64,000 nt of DNA, taken from Eledone cirrhosa. Its lineage: Eukaryota. Location of the stretch: NCBI GenBank assembly GCA_964016885.1, contig OZ024743.1:212784001-212848000 (forward strand). Reading direction: 5' to 3'. The first letter of the stretch is position 1, and each line of letters opens with the position of its first letter. Shown piece by piece: positions 40,121-53,755 of this stretch. The notes under the pieces were generated by a model. That model made no database searches, was not told where the DNA came from, and saw only the letters and a program-made list of their open reading frames with translations. A program made the translations under genes and the position numbers.

Positions 40121-40428
40121 CAGTGTTGGATTTAGAACTCGAGGGGCCCGAGGCACTTCAGGATAAGGGGCACCCTCATACAGAAAAAAAAATGAGAGAA
40201 CACAGCAAATTCCTCAATTTTACATATCAAAGTTACATTGGCGCAAATAATTGGAATTGAAAGGTTATACTTACAGGTATTAAATTCAAAAATTCTAACC
40301 ATCTTAAAACTAAAAAGCCCAGCTGAGGGCACAAATAAATTGCTACGGTCGTCGCTGGTGCCCCAACCCCTGCAGGGGGCTCAGGACAATGGTCCCCTTT
40401 GCCCCACTCCCCATTAAATCCGGCCCTA
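40121..40428. mobile_element. hAT-type MITE (paralog of 36545-36853)
   Basis: Same termini and CCGGTTAC TSD. Confidence 0.88.
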
Positions 40429-40604
40429 CCGGTTACGTAAGCCGAGTTTGAGAAGACGGGTCGTCCGCGTTTGGTTTGCCGAATTTGGAGGGTCAATATG
40501 GTTTGGTTTGACATGAGTCATGAGTACAGGTTGGCGTTCAATTTAGGGTGTTTAATGAGGATATGTGGACTGATTGATTAATTACATGTATACACACGCA
40601 CGCA

Positions 40605-40689
<85 letters not shown>

Positions 40690-41049
40690 AATATATAGAT
40701 TAGGCTGTTTCATATTTATAGGGAAAACGTTTTTGTTGGAATAATCTCGTCGATTGCGCCCTGAATCCATTTTACATAAAAGCTACAGGTGAAGAACCGA
40801 GAAGATACGGATACATTTAGGGGTTGTACAGTTTGGTGCTTTTTGAATGCTATACCAAAATAAATAAAAAAAACTTTCTGCAGTATTTGTTGATTGTAGC
40901 TAGGTTCCCCTACACCAACACCATCATCACCATCATCTACAACTATACAACTATCATCACCCAAACCACCAACATCATGACAAGTGCTCTTGTGTTTTCT
41001 CTACCATCACGTGAAACTCAGGGACAAAATTTCAGTTGCCGTAAAAAGC

Positions 41050-41720
41050 ACTTGCCAGAAGATCCAAGAAGTGTGAGGAAAAACAAATATCCCTACCAAA
41101 GCAGAAAAAAACAAACAAACATAAGGAGTGAAAAAAGAAAAGTCAAGAAGACAGATACTGGCTAGTCCTTACTGGGATGGAAAATTATTACCATCGGCTT
41201 TCCGATCCAGCACTCACGAAGATTGGATTGCAGTCTTAATTACAGAAAAAGGAAAGAGGGAGCTCTTACAGATGGAACCGGACAACAAGTCGCTGAAATC
41301 GTTTTGAAGGAAATTCAACGACTTAAAATTGAGGATAGAATAATTGGTATGTCCTTCAACACAACCGTCAGTAACACCAGCATGCACCAAGGAGCCAATA
41401 CGAAAATTGAAGCAGCTCTGACAAAATACCTTTTGTGGCTGGCTTACCACTATCACATTCTTGAACTGGTTTTGAAGAAAGTCTGAGATCTTTTGCTCAT
41501 CATCTGGTCCCGGTATCCCACTGTTCAAAAGGTTCCAGGATCGTTGGGTCTCAATAGATAAGTCTCATCAAACTATCCTGGACGATGATGAACTCGTGGA
41601 AGATTTTTACAAGCAAACCAGGGAGGGGATGGTTGAATATCTACTGACTGTATGCTTTCTGGAGGTCATCCCCGAGAAGACCATCTTGGAAGTTGGCCAT
41701 GTTCCCAATTCTCCTTCTCG
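41050..41720 (+). pseudogene. DNA transposase remnant (hATm-like)
   Basis: Frameshifted motifs WDGKLL, IIGMSFNTTVSNT and LLWLAYHYHILEL. Confidence 0.65.
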
Positions 41721-41750
41721 GTCTCAGGAGCTTACCACCAGGCTCGTTGG

Positions 41751-41781
<31 letters not shown>

Positions 41782-41814
41782 TGTATGTATGTATGTATGT
41801 ATGTATGTATGTAT

Positions 41815-42444
41815 GTCAGGTCACCAGTTGATGCTACTGGTAACATGTATCCAAGTACAACCTGTCTCATGGTCGGGTCGTTGGCGAATAAACTGGCAAC
41901 CCCACCAAGGTTTCTTGGTGAGGAGGGGGACTTTGGACATCCTGCAGGACTAAAAACAAAACCTGTCAAAGGGTAAAGGAGCTCTTAAGAGTCAATGGCC
42001 ATCCAAAATCACCGGGAGAGATGATCCCTTAGCCTTTGTCAAGGCAGAATTCTAGGAGAAGGCAAACTCTGATATAACACCTGCAACCCTGATGGTATCC
42101 AATGATGTTGACTTGTTCTTCTTTTTGGTAAATATCATCTTGGTTAAGAGAGTGGGACTGGCTTTGTGCAGTGCCTTTGCTCACTATAAAAGCTTCACAG
42201 CACAGGCATTGCTTTATATCTGTAGATCTCTCTGCACTTGTCGTCACATGGAACCATGGGCCCAGCACTATATGTCAATAATTGTCACAAGTGTAGTGTT
42301 TGTACCAGAGTTTTCAAGTCGCTGGCTGGACTAAAAGTCACACTCCATCAGCACATCGATAGGGGTTCTCCTACATGGATATAAAGTAGTGGCCGTACTC
42401 GAAAACGAATTGGCAGCCACCATCTATGTATGTATGTATGTATG

Positions 42445-42478
<34 letters not shown>

Positions 42479-43444
42479 TGTATGTATGTATGTATGTATG
42501 TATGTATGTCAGGTCACCAGTTGATGCTACTGGTAACATGTATCCCAGTACAACCTGTATCATGGTCGGGTCGTTGGCGAATAAACTGGCAACCCCACCA
42601 AGGTTTCTTGGTGAGGAGGGGGACTTTGGACATCCTGCAGGACTAAAAACAAAACCTGTCAAAGGGCAAAGGAGCTCTTAAGAGTCAATGGCCATCCAAA
42701 ATCACCGGGAGACATGACCCCTTAGCCTTTGTCAAGGCAGAATTCTAGGAGAAGGAAAACTCTGATATAACACCTGCAACCCTGATGGTATCCAATGATG
42801 TTGACTTGTTCTTCTTTTTGGTAAATATCATCTTGGTTAAGAGAGTGGGACTGGCTTTGTGCAGTGCCTTTGCTCACTATAAAAGCTTCACGGCACAGGC
42901 ATTGCTTTATATCTGTAGATCTCTCTGCACTTGTCGTCACATGGTACCATGGGCCCAGCACTATGTGTCACTAATTGTCACAAGTGTAGTGTTTGTACCA
43001 GAGTATATATATATATATATATATATATTGGGAGAGATGACCCCTTAGCCTTTGTCAAGGCAGAATTCTAGGAGAAGGAAAACTCTGATATAACACCTGC
43101 AACTCTGATGGTATCCAATGATGTTGATTTGTTCTTCTTTTTGGTAAATATCATCTTGGTTAAGAGAGTGGGACTGGCTTTGTGCAGTGCCTTTGCTCAC
43201 TATAAAAGCTTCACGGCACAGGCATTGCTTTATATCTGGAGATCTCTCTGCACTTGTCGTCACATCGTACCATGGGCCCAGCACTATGTGTCAATAATTG
43301 TCACAAGTGTAGTGTTTGTACCAGAGTTTTCAAGTCGCTGGCTGGACAAAAAGGTCACACTCGTTCAGCGCATCGGTAGGGGTTCTCCTACATGGATATA
43401 AAGTAGTGGCCGTAACTCGAAAACGAGTTGGCAGCCACCACCAT
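41815..43444 (+). mobile_element. Tandem ~610-bp non-autonomous RTE-derived elements (41815-42424, 42508-43003, 43029-43444) in (ATGT)n
   Basis: Near-identical copies; RTE 5'-UTR-like CTAGGAGAAGGAAAACTCTG; 3' stem-loop CTCG-AAAA-CGAG, then GCAGCCACC and an ATGT tail. Confidence 0.8.
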
Positions 43445-43456
43445 GTATGTATGTAT

Positions 43457-43950
43457 GACGCTAACATCTCTGCTGATACATGGGAAAATATTGCTGCTGA
43501 TCGTAATAAATGGAGAAAGACTGTATATGAGGGAAAAGTTGCCTTTGAGGCATCTCGAATCGCATACGAGAAAGTAAAGCGGGATGTGAGGAAGGGCATT
43601 GCTGTTGCACTTCCAGACGGTGAGGGTCCTCCTATGATGCTGACATGCAGCGTCTGTGCGAGACTCTGCCTAAGCAAAGCTGGACTCGAAAGTCATCTTC
43701 GCAGTCATAAAGTAAGACCAGTGGTTGACTACCAGGCTGCTGTTGGAGATGCTACTCATCATGCTTGCCAAACATGTGGTAGAGAATGTAAATCAGCAGG
43801 AGGGCTCACGCGACATGCAAAAGTACATGAACTCCAACCACAGCCGGCTATTCCCAGTGAATGTTTTGGTTGCCGACTCTGTGCAAGACATTTTAGATCA
43901 TTGACTGGGCTAAAAAGCCACATTCGATCGCAGCGCTGTTAGTTGCTATC

Positions 43951-43981
<31 letters not shown>

Positions 43982-44142
43982 GATATGTTTATGTGTGTGC
44001 GTGCGTGTGTATATATATATATGTATATGTATATTATTATTGTTGTTGTTGTCGTTATTATTATTGTTGTTATTATTATTATTATTATTGATATTAATGT
44101 ATATGTGTGTATGTATATATATATGTGTGTATATATGTATAT

Positions 44143-44178
<36 letters not shown>

Positions 44179-44275
44179 TTCTTTTTTTTATTTTTATTTT
44201 ATTTTTTATTTATTTATTAATATTTTTTTTCTCCTCGTGCAATAGCCATACTCGATAACGAGGGGGCAGCCATCA
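43457..44275 (+). mobile_element. RTE-type LINE 3' end with three C2H2 zinc fingers; 3' UTR split by microsatellites
   Basis: WENIAADRNKWR; three CxxC..GL..H motifs; stop at 43942; terminal CTCG-ATAA-CGAG...GCAGCCATC(ATGT)n. Confidence 0.75.
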
Positions 44276-44358
44276 TGTATGTATGTATGTATGTATGTAT
44301 GTATGTATGTATGTATGTATGTATGTATGTATGTATGTATGTGTGTATGTATGCATCT

Positions 44359-44423
<65 letters not shown>

Positions 44424-44428
<5 letters not shown>

Positions 44429-47400
44429 CCACCGCAAAACAAACTTATGGAGGGCTTTGAGAAAGAGATGGCCAATATTATTTCAGGCGTCAAATTCAAT
44501 AGGTTCCCATCTAAGGAGCAGCCTCACCTCAGGAAACTACCAAATAGAATCTCTGCACTAAAACTCTCACACGGAATTCCCGTTCATGCGGATAAAACGA
44601 GTAACCTCTACAACTTGGATGCAGCAACTTATAGAAAACTAATACTTAAGGAACTTAGAAAGAATTACAAGAAAACTACACAGGCTAACCTTGACGACAT
44701 TAACGAGCGAACTAATAGAATAGTGAATAAACTCAGCATTGCCGATAGGACCGGACCTTACCAACTCAAAAAACCCCGTATCTTTCTGAAGGATCACAAA
44801 CCGAACTTATAGTACCATAAAAGACTGACATCGGGTGTATTATCAAAAGAATACTGGACAGAATCATACCAATCCTTAAAAAAAAAGATCCAATTACAGC
44901 AATGGTCCAGAACGGGGGAAGTGATAGAGTGGTTTAACGGCCTGCAGTGCAAAGGTAGGACAAATTTTATACAGCTAGATATATGTAATTATTATGCATC
45001 CATCTCCCCGGTGGTACTTAACAAGGCACTTATGTTTGCACGCAGACATACTGATTTAACCCGGGATGAAATTAATATCATTAATACTGTCAGGAAGACA
45101 CTGATAGGTTTCAACGGTGAGCTCTGGATTAGGAGAGAGTGGCCGGACAATTTTGACATCACGATGGGATCGAGCGACTCGGTGCAGGTTACTGACCTGG
45201 CGGGCCTCTACATCCTCAGGAACCTGAAAAGCGAGATCCCATCGTTAGGCGGTGGAATATACTGCGACGATGCGTTGTTTACGCTACTCGACCACAGCAA
45301 CACCATGATAAATAGGACTAGAAAGAGCTTAATTAAATTTTTCAAAAACATAGGTCTCAGCATAGACATAGAAAATAATAGAAAGATAGTCAACTTCCTG
45401 GATGTTACCCTCAATCTAGAATCCGGCCTCTACTACCCGTACCACAAGCCGAACGAGTGCCTCAAGTACGTAAATGCCAACTCTAACCATCCCGGGTCAG
45501 TCAGGAGGACCATAGTTAATAGCGTATCCCGTAGGATTTCTTCTCTGTCAGCTAGCCAGGAAACCTTCAATAGCGTAGCTAGCTATTATAACAATGCCCT
45601 TAGTAATGCAGGTTACAAGGAAGGAATTAAGTTTATACCCAGTCTAATGAATTACGTTACCGCTGACAGTAACACATCAGTAGGAAACCACGACGGGACC
45701 AACACGACTAGGACTTCATTACTCATCCCTGATACCACACTACAGAGTAATCCTGGAGGAACTGCTAACCATGGCTTATTAGGAAGGGACCGGACCTCGT
45801 CTACATTGGAAAACAAGAAGGCCAACGCGGTGGAGCCGCGGAGGACATGTGTGGGTCCGAGAGTAAGCGGGAAGGTACGAACCGCCTTCCTCGCTATGAA
45901 CGGAGACCACTCAGTTCGGAGTGCTCTGATCGGCTTAACCAACCCCACGGGCAACGACCAATGGGGGGGAGGGGGCATGGCTCTTCCAGACGTCCGCAAC
46001 GAATACGTAACACATACTCTGACGGAATGGGTACAGGGACTGGTGACTACAACGAGAAGCGAACCCGTTCCCGTAATGTCATTTGGTTTACCCCTCCCCC
46101 CTTCTGCGCCGGTTTACACAACAACATAGCGGCCTCTTTCTTCAGAGCTTTGGATAAGCACTTCCATAAGCAGCACTGGTACCACGCCATTTTCAACAGA
46201 CACACTATTAAATTGTTCTACTCAACAACTAGAAACCTAGTGCAAAATATAGAAGCCTTGAACCGCAGTAGGTTAAAAAAACGTCCGCAACTCCAGGGGA
46301 AACAGCAACCGTGAGGAGACGCACCACGCAAATGCCTCTTCGTCTGTTGGTAACATCTTAAACCGTGAAAGACCGGGGAATCATACAACGCGATCCGGAG
46401 ATCCGGGCGGCAACACGCCTCCGGGCTGTAATTGTAGAAACCCCAGTAACTTCCCCCTGGAGGGTAGGTGCCTCGGCAGTCGCTTAGTGTATGAATGTAG
46501 GGTGAATACCAACAACCAAACCTTCACCTATATCGGAGCCACAGCTAATACATTTAAGGAACGCTGGTACAATCACTGCCACTCCTTTAAGAGAGTTGAT
46601 AAGAAACACAGCACCAGCCTCTCAGAACTGGTGCGGCGTCTCAAACATGATAACGTAGAATACACCTTGTCATGGTCCAAGGTAGCGATTTGTGTGTCAC
46701 CGAGATTATGGAAATAATCGAGAAGGGAGCTCGAGTTATCAATAAAAGGAGTAACCCCTTCAGCACTTGCCTCCACAGATCATCTAGAACCTTCCACAAA
46801 CTGTACCGACTAACAACATTGTTATACTGGTTGAAGACTATTGCAAACTTGGCCGTGGAAGCCGGGCGTGGCCACGAAACAACCCCAGCGTCAGGCGAAC
46901 CTTGGATACCTTGTTTGTACACCTGGAGTCTCTATGTGTACATGTTTCTTGTCCCTTCTTCCTTATTTCTCTGTTTATGTAGCTATTGTTGTTTTTTTAT
47001 ATATTTTTGTCCCGTTCTTTTATTATTGTATTCTCTATATGTGTTTTCGATTTATTATCTGGTTGTTCCTGTCCCTACCTTCGATTCCCGTAACTCCCTT
47101 CCATAGCCTAACAGCACTTTTAATAGTATTGTTGCCACTGTAGTTAAGACTAAATGCTATAATTATTGCTAGCCTTGTGCCTTGGAATGATAGAGAGGAC
47201 TGTATTAACTGTGCATGTATTTCTTTATATATATAAATACGCATCTATGTTTCTATCCCATTTTCACTTCCTTCTTTCAACGTAATACTATTGTGGTTAG
47301 TTTATTTTTCATGGAAGCGAGGCCTTTTCCTGTTGCCGCCGTCGCCGTGGTAGGATCATCACTGTTGTTGTTGTTGGTGGTGGTGGTGTTACCAATGGCT

Positions 47401-48180
47401 TAATACTAATATAAATGATACCACCACTACTACGACGAACGGAGTGGGTGATGGGTGGTGTGTTGGTGCTTGTTGTCGTTACCATTGTTGTTGTTGGTAT
47501 ATATGGTTATGGTGATTGATATCACCAACTCTGTCTACCCACCTACCTCTGAACTCCTTTTTATTGCTTTGGCGTTATCGCTGTTTATTGTCGACAGGAT
47601 GATACCGTCACTGCGACTGCTGCGGCCAGTATACACGACGCTGGTCTGTGATTTTGCTGTTGTTGTTGTTGTAAGTGTTTACTGGAGCTGTTGCTTTAGT
47701 TGTTGTTGTCAATAGGGTGGTGGTATCACCACGACTATTGCGGCCAGTGTGGACAATATTGGTCGGTGGTTTGCTGTTATTGTCGTTATTGTTGTTGTCG
47801 TTGTCGTTGTTGTTGTCGTTGTTGTTGTCTATCGGTGGTTGTCAACAACATATATACCCCACCCTCCCCCAGAGCTCCATTTATTGCTTTCACTGTCTAC
47901 TGGATTTTGGCTACACACAGTTCTTCGTTCTTTTCGTCTTTTTCGTTGATAACTTTTTCTAGCAAACACGACGGCTGGCAAACCTGGAACTCATATGTAT
48001 GCTGAGCACACAGGCATTAGGATGTGTGTGTTTTCCTGCTAACGACATATCAAACATATCGATTTTCATCTGAGGATACCGTTCTCATAATCAACAGCAA
48101 ATGCATGCAGGACATCTCGATTGCATGGAGAACCGTGAAAATAATTATAATGATTAAACGATATATGTAGCTTCAGCATC
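44424..48180 (+). mobile_element. Penelope-like element (degenerate RT + C-terminal GIY-YIG, long 3' region)
   Basis: ADKTSNLY, LKDHKPN, DICNYYASI, MGS, YCDD, NFLDVTL, CNCR..PL..C, VYECRV...YIGAT..FKERWYNH. Confidence 0.85.
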
Positions 48181-48186
48181 TTATTT

Positions 48187-48216
<30 letters not shown>

Positions 48217-48221
<5 letters not shown>

Positions 48222-48452
48222 GTCGGTTAGACTGATCAACCCCACACGTTCGGACATCGGTTCATTCAGCAAAAAGATCCTTGATAGAATACTACGATCG
48301 CTGCGTGCAGCCTCACCTCTCCCACTCTGGAGTAGAATTGTCCGATAAATCTAACACCCGTTTTCTGCAACTGGACATAGAGGACTACGACGCTTCTATC
48401 TCAGAGCCTCTACTGAAGGGTGCACTTGCTTTTGCCAGGAATTTTACCACCA
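48217..48452 (+). mobile_element. Short Penelope-like RT fragment
   Basis: RLINPTRSDIGSFSKKILDRI and QLDIEDYDASIS, same type as the 44.4-kb element. Confidence 0.7.
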
Positions 48453-51400
48453 TGTTTCTTATTGGCAACATGACCCTCCCAAAGTATAACAATATCGGTT
48501 TCAACACACGTTTTCAGATAAAGAATCTTGGTAAACAAATTCAGAAACGAAATAGAGTAAGCCTTAGCCAGGCTAACAAGATACTGAAAATCACAATGTT
48601 CTGTTGTCTACGAAAAACAATAACATCTCGACAACTACACTTCATAAAAGAATGTGCCTCGTCCCGAGTTTACACCAACACCATCAACACCGATGTAAGA
48701 AGATTACAGCTCACCAAAAAGCAAGCAGATAGGCTAAAACGAACACTAATTCTAAACATAAAAAAGAAGATTTATAGAGAATTAAGTCATCAAGAAAAAC
48801 ATAAGCGTAACCTAATACAAGATATAACTAAGATCACCACACCAAGAGAAAAACTAATATTTATAAACCTTATATGTCCTGAAGAACAGTACATTGTTCA
48901 AGAATTTGACAAGCACTTTAACAAGAAACTAAAGTGGCTCAAACAGATAAAACTAAATCAAGATACTTTAGAGAATATCAATAGATATCCCGACAAAATT
49001 GACGGTATAAATATGGCCGACATCTCATTAACAGATGAATTCAACAACAACAACATAAATATATACGGCAACACTACGGTCGACTCTGATGAATTATCTG
49101 TATTACAACTGCCGCCTAAGTATGCCACATTTAATAAGGTAAATATGATTAAATGCTTATCAGAAATAGAAAAATCATTTACAAAATTACGTTGGAGCCT
49201 CAAAAACAAAAACAAAAACAAAAACAAAAGTAACAACATACGCACACACACACATATACAACACACATCCCAACAACAACAGACACACATACTACAAACA
49301 ACAATAACAACAACACACACATCAACAATAATAACATACTCAGAAACAACAACAACAGACACGCAGACACAAACAACAATAACAACACACACAGCAATAA
49401 TAACATACACGCAGACAACAACAACACACATCAACAACAGCTCACATCAACAACAACAACAACAACACACACACATTCAATGCCTCTCACCACCACCACA
49501 ATCTTAACAAACACACAGACACAAAAAACAGGGAATGACAGTAGCACAGAAATAAGGGAAGATAATAGGATTGAAAGGAGAAGGGAGACTATGGACAGAG
49601 AAAATAACCAAGACGAACACACAGACACACAAAATAGAGTAGATAATAACAATGAGCCAGAGGAAAGAGACAGGAGTAATAATGAGAGACATAGAAACAA
49701 CCATGAGGCTGTTGGTGGAAATAGAAATATAAACAACACAACTAACAATAACAATAGCACTAGAACACATAAAGCAGCAGCCTGGAACTCTACTTTTTAT
49801 AATCCCTCCGATAAGTCGTTCGACCTGCGATGAATCCACGCCAAAACTTTAGCTTTTAACAAACGCACGCAATTGCCGTCGCAGGTCGATGAACAAACAG
49901 AAGCACAATTTAGTATAGCTAGATCTAAACTTAGAAATATTATAGAACAGTATAGCAAGAAGCATAATAGAATGGAGGCCCAGCAACTGGGAGAAAAATC
50001 TGCAAATGGCTTGCGTAAGCTCATGCAGCGCTCGCGTAATGGAGAGATAGCATGCTTTCCAACAGACACGTCTGGCAGAATGTCGGTTGACAGTCTACCA
50101 AACTACATCCAAGCAGTGCAACCCCACATCACTAACACAAGAGAAGTAGCACCACAAGAGCATGAGGATGGAGAAAAAGCCCTCAATGCCCATATGATGA
50201 TGTGGACAAATATAATGCAGCCCAACGAAAGGACTGCCAACAACTTCCAGGCCTGGAACAACGACGTGCCAGCGTTGTATGGGCTTCGAAAAGACCATAA
50301 AACGAGCAGTGACCCTGTCACAGGACCACCAACGCGGCCAGTCTGTGGAGCTAACATTGCTAGTAACTACAGACTGTCCTACTTCCTCTCCTTGATCATA
50401 CGCCCCATTATTGAAATGTCCTCAGATGTATGTGACAGCACGGAGGACATCCTCAGCAGAATCGGCGAGAGTAACCGATCTAGGGACCTAACAAACTGCA
50501 TAATAGGTAGTATGGATGTTGTGTCCCTGTATTCATCTATTGGCGTGGATTTTGCTGTGGAGAAATACGTAGAAATGATCAGTGAGAGCAATGTTGAATT
50601 CCGTGGGATTGATACCAGTGAGCTGGGACTCCTACTTAAACTTACCTATATTAATAATTATCTAGACACATATGACCTTAGCAACCTGTGCCCTACAAGA
50701 TCAGCAAGAGGCAGACAACCTACCATTACCTCAATGGCCAAGAAAACCCACACAGATAGATGGAACGGGTGGACCAGAGCAATACGGACCCCCAAAAACC
50801 ACGATGAACTAAAGAAAATGATTGCACATGCGGCGGGGCCAGCACAAAATTAACCCTTAAGGAACATATGTTCAAATTTAATGGAAAAACATATGCCCAA
50901 GAGGAGGGAGCAGCCATTGGTGTTAGCATTGCAGGCGACATAGCTAACCTATTCATGGTATGGTGGAACAGTAGACTTAAACTTAAACTTAAAGAACAAT
51001 TAGAAGACCCCTTAACCCTGATTATGTACTCCCGCTACGTTGATGATATAAACATCGTAGTTAAAACACCCCACTAGAGAAAAGTCAGGAATTAGAGAAA
51101 AACACAATGGAAAGCATCCAGCAAATAGCAAACTCCATCCACCAGAGTATTAGAGTTACTATAGACTACCCAAGCAATCACCCAACCATCGATTACCTGT
51201 ACTAGACACAGATCTCTGGTTAGATACCATTAATAACAAAAAACAAATCCTCCATTCCCATTATGCGAAATCCATGACTTCCAAATATCTGATCCACCGA
51301 AACTCAGCTGTTTCGGACCATACCAAAATCAACATACTGATTGCGGATTTGGTACGGGTGAAGAGAAAAGTGTCCCGCATGTGCAACCCCGAAGAACTAG

Positions 51401-52620
51401 AGAGACACATACAACACTTCATCCACCGTATGCAGTTATCTGGTTACAATCAGAGAGATAAAATCAGAGTGTATAGAGGAGCCAGAACCAAATGGGGAAA
51501 AATGGTAAATAATGATACAAATGGGACCTGCCCCTTGTATAGGAGAACATTTTGGAATAGAATAGAAAGAACTAGGAATAAGGCTAATAGAATAAACTCA
51601 TGGTATGATAGCAATAAATACCAGAGTGTAATGTTCATCGATACAACCCCTAGAGGTGAATTAGCTTACAAACTTAGAAGGGCCCTAGATAAACATAAAC
51701 TCAATATTAAGATAGTAGAAAGACCAAGTACCTCCATAAAAACACTTATTAGCTAGACATAGCCTTTTCAAAGACCTCCCTGTATAGATAAGAAATGTAT
51801 AATCTGTAAATTAAGCCCCCATATTAACTGTAAAACTAGAAATGTAGTATATAGCATAAGATGTACTGAAGGCCAATGTAGAGATAAAAATATAGTGTAC
51901 ATAGGTGAGACAGCTCGTAGTATAGGGGAACAGATAAATGAACACTGGCGAGACCTTCAAGATAGTAAAGAATCATCTGTACTCTACCAACATACTAAAA
52001 TAGAACATAAGGGTAAATTAGAGAACATAGAAATAAAAATAGAATCTACACACAGAAAAGACGCAATGTTTAGACAAATCACAGAGGCAATAAACATAAA
52101 AGAATTACAACCAAAATTAAATAGAAAACATGAGTGGAACAGCAACATCACAACTTACAATTAAGGACAAAATGAAAACACACACGCACATAGAACAAAC
52201 AACCAACCAGTAACATGTAAATAAACAAATAAATAAACGAATATAAACACACACAGACACCCGGATGTGGCGCATGCGCAGACTGAGTACACAACACACA
52301 CACAGAAACAAGATGGCGTAGGAAAGAACAAAGGAGAGGCACAAAAACAAAGAAAAGAATTCCAGTCACTGAAGTTGTCACAGAATGTGTGACGAAAGAA
52401 CTTTGATAATATATGAACAACCATCTGGTTGTGTAACCAACCAACCAACCGGAAATTTATAAATTCCTAAATTTATAAATTTATTATAATAAATTGAAGT
52501 GAAAGTAACTGGTGCGTGTGTTTCTTATTGGCAACATGACCCTCCCAAAGTATAACAATATCGGTTTCAACACACGTTTTCAGATAAAGAATCTTGCCAA
52601 ACAAATTCAGAAACGAAATA
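48453..52620 (+). mobile_element. Near full-length Penelope-like element, second clade, disabled
   Basis: 102-bp direct repeat 48453-48554/52519-52620 spanning the ORF start; LYGLRKDHK, GPPTRPVC, DVVSLY, YVDD (51036), Cys linker, VVYSIRC...YIGETAR GIY-YIG. Confidence 0.9.
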
Positions 52621-52942
52621 CATATATATATATATATATATACATACACACATACAACTTACGTACATACAAAATAGCATAATACATACATTTATGTAAT
52701 AACTGCATATACACATGTATAGATACAAAACATATGCACGTGTGCACATATAACACAAAACATACAGATCCGCATTCATACAATAACATCCATACCTACA
52801 CACACACGAGCGAGCGCATGCACGCACATGCACGCACGCAGACATACTTACATAATTGCCTAGTTAATGTCTAAATTCCAATGGAAGAGTCTTGTGTCTA
52901 TGTTAAAATACAGCTCTCTCTATTGGTAAAACATTAGAAAAT

Positions 52943-53262
52943 AATTATTTCTACTTTAAGCACAAGGCCAGCAAATACCTAGTGCATTACTGGTACTTTA
53001 TTTTTTCGACCCCGTAAGGATGAAAGGCAAAGTTAACCTCGGCGGGATTTGAACTCAGATAGTAAAGGGACGTAACTATGCTGGAAAGCATGGCATCCGA
53101 CCCTCTACCGATACTGCCAATCCACCGCCCCAAATAATTGTCTCTACTATTGGCACAGGGCCAGCAATTACTCAGTACATTACTGGTACTTTATTTTATC
53201 GACCCCGTAAGGATGAAAGGCAAAGTTAACCTCGGTGGGATTTGAACTCAGACCGCAAAGGG
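52943..53262 (-). mobile_element. Two tandem SINE copies
   Basis: Same core as the other copies. Confidence 0.85.
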
Positions 53263-53755
53263 AGACTTTCAATAATGACCAGAAGTCGACCCTAAATATT
53301 ACTAATAGCTCTAGGAAAGCCATGAACGACACCACATCTTTTTAACTTTGATTTTGAAAGTAGGTTTATAATTATCAATTTTCATTATACGTTTGTAGCT
53401 GTCTCTGTGTCCTAGCGGGAGTAATCATAGACGGTGATGATCCTGGTCTGAAGTTCGATCCTGGCCGGGAGTAGGGTTCCCGGTAAACCTTTTCAGTTTT
53501 TTCCTATTGGTTGTAAAATAAAACTGAAAAAGTTACATGTACCTTTTGGCCAGGATTGAACCCAAGGCCAGGATCTCCACCGTCTCTAGTACCTACCGCT
53601 AGGCCACAGAGACAACTACGAAAAATCTACTGAAAATTCATACTTATAAACCTACTTTCAAAATTTTCAAAACAAAGTCTCGTGGTGTCGTTCCTGTCTT
53701 TCTTAATGTTATTGCTCCTACTTAAGGTCGACTTCTAAATCACTTGGGTGTTCCA
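53262..53755. mobile_element. Fold-back MITE with ~200-bp inverted arms containing tRNA-like A/B boxes
   Basis: Inverted matches GAAGTCGACC, GAACGACACCAC, TTTTGAAAGTAGGTTTATAA and GTCTCTGTG.CCTAGCGG. Confidence 0.75.

Larger units (their letters stand above)
29115..40690. repeat. Tandem segmental duplication (copy 1 ~29115-37113, copy 2 ~37114-40690), each copy with private insertions
   Basis: Colinear matches 29170/37141, 29905/38330, 30236/39596 and 36301-37030/39877-40605. Confidence 0.9.

Noticed and set aside
49831-49833. In-frame TGA in the Penelope ORF as possible selenocysteine
   Set aside because: The ORF has other stops and frameshifts; CGA to TGA decay is simpler; no SECIS seen
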